This document shows positions 60,679 to 64,000 of a DNA stretch of 64,000 bases, in pieces; position 1 is the stretch's first letter, and the number at the start of each line of letters is the position of its first letter. The position numbers were made by a program, and so were the translations under genes. This DNA is from a bacterium. Lineage in GTDB: Bacteria > UBA8248 > JACPRG01 > G963555815. The notes under the pieces are model-generated. The model ran no database searches, was not told the origin of the DNA, and worked only from the letters and a program-made list of their open reading frames with translations. The stretch spans positions 4,384,001 to 4,448,000 of the forward strand of contig OZ244653.1 in the NCBI GenBank assembly GCA_965218795.1, read 5' to 3'.

Positions 60679-62397
60679 ATGAAAGCGGAGACCATCCCCG
60701 TCGAGACGACGGCTGACGCCTATCTGGAAATCCTCGCGCGGCGGGGGGTGAAATATTTCTTCGCCAACGCTGGAACCGATTTCGCCCCCATCCTCGAGAG
60801 CTTCGCCAAGCGGCAGACCGAGGGACGGGAATGGCCGAAGCCGATCCTTTGCCCTCATGAAAACACGGCCGTTGGAATGGCCTACGGATACTACATGACG
60901 ACCGGGGAGCCGCAGGTGGTCATGGTTCACGTCAACGTGGGCACGGCCAACGCCTCCGGGCAGATTATCAACGCATCGCGGTCCCGCATCCCCATTCTCT
61001 TCAGCGCGGGCCGCACCCCGATTACGGAAGAGGGCGTGCGGGGCGGACGGAACGTGCACATCCACTGGGCCCAGGAGTCGTTCGATCAGGCGGGCATGAT
61101 CCGGGAATACGTGAAATGGGATTACGAGCTGCGGAACTCCTCGCAACTCGAGACCGTGGTCGACCGAGCGCTGGGCCTGGCCATGGCCGATCCGTCCGGC
61201 CCGGTTTATCTGACGCTGCCGCGAGAGCTTCTTGCGGAGCCGCAGGCCACGCTGTCCCTGAAGCGAGGCGAAGCTCGATTCGGCCGGACATCCTGCCAGC
61301 CCAATCGGGATCAGGTCGAGCAGGCCGCCGAGCTGTTGGCGGGTTCCGAGCGGCCGCTGATCATCACGAGCGATTCCGGTGAGGATCCGTCCGCCGTCCC
61401 GCTTCTCGTCGACCTGGCCGAGACGGGCGCGATCCCGGTCCTCGAAGCCCGGGGCCACTATATGAACTTCCCCACCGATCACGAGCTTCACCTGGGGTTC
61501 GAGCCGGATGGGCTCCTGCAGGAGGCGGACGTGATTCTGGTCCTGGAATCCGACGTGCCGTGGATGCCCAACTTCTGCAAGCCCTCCGATTCGGCGCGCG
61601 TGATCCAAATGGGCCGGGACCCTTACTATTCGGACACTGCAATCCGGGGCTACCCGATGGACGTGATCCTGGCGGGTGATCCGGCGGCGGGTCTGAGGAA
61701 CCTCACAAAATCCCTGGCGGAAAAACTCAATGGGAAGGGCATCGCGATCGAAGAACGAAGAGAGCGTTGTCGCCGGATTCACGAAGAGCAGCGGGCGGAG
61801 TGGGCGAAGACCGCGGAGAGGGTGAGCCGTGAAAAGCCTATCGACGAGCGGTGGGTCTCGGCGTGCGTCAATGAGGTGGTGGATGAGGACACGATCATCG
61901 TCAACGAGTATGACCTTGTTCCCGAATTCGTGGATTTCACCCGGCCGGGGTCGTTCTTCACCGTGTCCAATGCCGGGGCCCTGGGCTGGGCGCTGGGCGC
62001 GAGCCTCGGGGCGAAGCTGGCGCAACCCGAGAAGACGGTCATCGCGACCGTCGGCGACGGAAGCTACATCTTCAACGTTCCGACGGCCGCGCATTTTGTT
62101 GCGAGGGCGGCGGACCTTCCCATTCTGACGATCGTATTCAACAACCATCGCTGGAATGCGGTGAAGCAGGCGGCGACGGGGCTTTACCCCGACGGCTGGG
62201 CGACGGGCAGAGAGGCCGTCCCCCTCAGTGAGCTTCGGCCTTCGCCCGATTTCGAGAAGATGTTGGAAGCGCATGGCGGATACGGCGAGCGGGTAGAGGA
62301 ACCCGCCGAGGTTCTCCCCGCGATTCAGCGCGCACTCCGCGTCATTCGGGAGGAGGGCCGCCAAGCCCTGCTGAACGTCATTTGCGCCCCGCCTTGA
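60679..62397 (+). CDS. thiamine pyrophosphate-requiring enzyme
   Basis: FANAGTDF, PHE, GDGS...NN. Confidence 0.92.
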   Translation: MKAETIPVETTADAYLEILARRGVKYFFANAGTDFAPILESFAKRQTEGREWPKPILCPHENTAVGMAYGYYMTTGEPQVVMVHVNVGTANASGQIINASRSRIPILFSAGRTPITEEGVRGGRNVHIHWAQESFDQAGMIREYVKWDYELRNSSQLETVVDRALGLAMADPSGPVYLTLPRELLAEPQATLSLKRGEARFGRTSCQPNRDQVEQAAELLAGSERPLIITSDSGEDPSAVPLLVDLAETGAIPVLEARGHYMNFPTDHELHLGFEPDGLLQEADVILVLESDVPWMPNFCKPSDSARVIQMGRDPYYSDTAIRGYPMDVILAGDPAAGLRNLTKSLAEKLNGKGIAIEERRERCRRIHEEQRAEWAKTAERVSREKPIDERWVSACVNEVVDEDTIIVNEYDLVPEFVDFTRPGSFFTVSNAGALGWALGASLGAKLAQPEKTVIATVGDGSYIFNVPTAAHFVARAADLPILTIVFNNHRWNAVKQAATGLYPDGWATGREAVPLSELRPSPDFEKMLEAHGGYGERVEEPAEVLPAIQRALRVIREEGRQALLNVICAPP

Positions 62398-62612
62398 GTC
62401 CCGACAGGCTGCGGAAAAGCGATGGTCGAGGCCCGTGACGCAGCCCCCTGTGTAATTTCGGGTTTTGCGCTTATTCCAATCTCGGCGGGCACAAAGGCCC
62501 GCCACGATTGGGAAACAAAAGTTTTCGAGGGGGGGCAGGGGGGACAGTCTTCAAAATGCCCCCCCTGAGTTCTCATTCCGGCCAAAACGTCGGGCCAACA
62601 GGAGGAGTGTAA

Positions 62613-62819
62613 GTGGTTCAAGGAACGGTGAAGTGGTTCAATGACTCCAAGGGCTATGGTTTCATCTCGCAGGAGGATGGGGACGACATCTTCGTTCACT
62701 ACTCGGCAATTCAGACCGACGGTTTCAAGTCGCTCATGGAGGGCGACGAGGTAACCTTCGACATTACCGAAGGCCCGAAAGGTTTTCATGCCTCGAATGT
62801 GAAGAAGGTTTCCGGCTGA
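62613..62819 (+). CDS. cspA: cold-shock protein
   Basis: [21 protein letters not shown]. Confidence 0.95.
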   Translation: MVQGTVKWFNDSKGYGFISQEDGDDIFVHYSAIQTDGFKSLMEGDEVTFDITEGPKGFHASNVKKVSG

Positions 62820-62845
62820 AAATCAATCCGATTCAACAAAGCGAG

Positions 62846-62875
62846 GCGGCGGCCCTGCACGGCCGCCGCTTTTTC
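62846..62875 (+). terminator. intrinsic terminator
   Basis: GCGGCGGCC-CTGCAC-GGCCGCCGC followed by TTTTT. Confidence 0.8.
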
Positions 62876-62931
62876 TTCATGAAGGCGACGAAGCTCCATT
62901 TCCCGGTGTCGCCGCCCTGCCCGGTGCCGGA

Positions 62932-64000
62932 CTAGGGGATATAAGCCCACATATCGAGAACCAGTGTCGCACCCTGAACGGGCAGCGGCACGCCTGAATC
63001 CTCAATCGTCGTGCTTGCGGGCGGTTCATCATCGAATTTGGACTCCCAGACCTCCCAAGAGAGGATGAACTCGTCGTAATCGGAATGGAAGCACTGGCGC
63101 CTCACGATGTTGTCATAGCCCTGGCCGCCCGCGGCCCTGACGATGGCCTCGGCATTTCCCATGATGTAGTCCGTTTGCTTGCGAACGCCCTTCTCGTACC
63201 AGGGGTAATAGGGGTTGACCTGAACATGCTTGGGCACATGACCCCTGTTGTCAGAGGCGATGCCTGTCGAGAGGAAGAGCAGATTCCCCGCCTTGACGGC
63301 ATGGGGTTCATGGAGGGGCCATTTGGGGACCTCCTTCGCCCGGATCGTTCGGGGTTTGATGCCGCCGTCGCGGCTCACCGCGACCAAATTGACCTCGATG
63401 AGACAACCCTCCCCGGCTAGGCCCTCAGTGGGCGTGACTGTCCGAGCAGGCGGATTCTTCGGGAAATACTCCTTCCAGACGTCGTCCATCTTCCAGATCT
63501 GCTTCATACCTTCGGGTGTGAGGTACACTTGAGCCTTCACGCTCAGATCCAGGGAGGAGCCGGCATCCTCCAAGACCCGGCTCAGACGGTCGAGGATGCA
63601 GCGCGTCTGATTTTCCATGTCGTTTCCCTGCCACAGCGCCTGGTTTCTCTGGGCGTCCGGGGCCACGGCGTTGAGCCAGTCCGTCGCGGATTGACCGGAG
63701 CAGAAGACATAAGGCCCCGCTTTGACGGCGTGCGGGCTGCCGTCGGGAAGCTTCGGCAAACCCGGCGAGTCGACGGTCTCCTTTTGCCACTTGGACTCCT
63801 TCGTCAGGGCGAGGAAATCAACCTCTACGATGCACGGCTTGCACAGCAGGTGGCTGCAACCAACAATTGTGGACGCCGGTCGTCCGTAAGACTCCGGAAT
63901 CAGCTCATTGCGGGTGCGGATGTATTCGGAGATCTCATTCCGCTCTCCATCCGGGGTGTCCTCAAGCACCATGAACTGGTCAACGCGGACGGTACGCTGG
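62932..64000 (-). CDS. multi-domain Rid/YjgF-family protein (5' end outside the window)
   Basis: repeated Rid domains: RPAST, PPART...IEV, PPAST. Confidence 0.85.
   Translation of the reverse strand, partial: QRTVRVDQFMVLEDTPDGERNEISEYIRTRNELIPESYGRPASTIVGCSHLLCKPCIVEVDFLALTKESKWQKETVDSPGLPKLPDGSPHAVKAGPYVFCSGQSATDWLNAVAPDAQRNQALWQGNDMENQTRCILDRLSRVLEDAGSSLDLSVKAQVYLTPEGMKQIWKMDDVWKEYFPKNPPARTVTPTEGLAGEGCLIEVNLVAVSRDGGIKPRTIRAKEVPKWPLHEPHAVKAGNLLFLSTGIASDNRGHVPKHVQVNPYYPWYEKGVRKQTDYIMGNAEAIVRAAGGQGYDNIVRRQCFHSDYDEFILSWEVWESKFDDEPPASTTIEDSGVPLPVQGATLVLDMWAYIP

Noticed and set aside
60559-62505. 648-aa minus-strand ORF and similar long antisense ORFs (2922-4349, 9286-10521, 17420-18766, 52001-53701)
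   Set aside because: High-GC shadows of real genes with no recognisable motifs

Overview
GC-rich bacterial window built of two kinds of sequence. The metabolic and transport genes are intact: a BMP-type nucleoside ABC transporter, a xanthine dehydrogenase-family Mo subunit, two amidohydrolases, an M24 peptidase, NMT1/THI5 binding proteins, an isochorismatase, an AttEFGH-like cluster, LOG, greA, threonine dehydratase, a ComDE-like decarboxylase, a TRAP transporter, a TPP enzyme, cspA and a Rid protein. Between them lie decaying accessory segments: a Mu-like portal remnant, ICE remnants, and IS3, IS110/IS1111, IS5, IS481 and RAYT fragments. Four loci stand out. (1) An MBL + E2-E1-JAB ubiquitin-like defence operon (6A-MBL-like) whose MBL ends in a flexible tail ending in Gly. 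It has an extra membrane gene and a divergent HTH-ImmA/IrrE + PIN pair. (2) An IS1111-type element inserted at a CG core inside an IS3 transposase. Its 3' non-coding end carries guide segments matching both the actual target site and the donor junction, as expected of a bridge/seek RNA. (3) An atypical dndC - HNH - dndB phosphorothioation-related cluster with no dndD/E. (4) A stack of HipA-HIRAN, two VapBC pairs and a UDG-like gene, where each VapC is followed by the same 16-bp hsdR-start-like remnant. No tRNA, rRNA or CRISPR array was recognised. Family assignments come from motifs read by eye, with no database searches.
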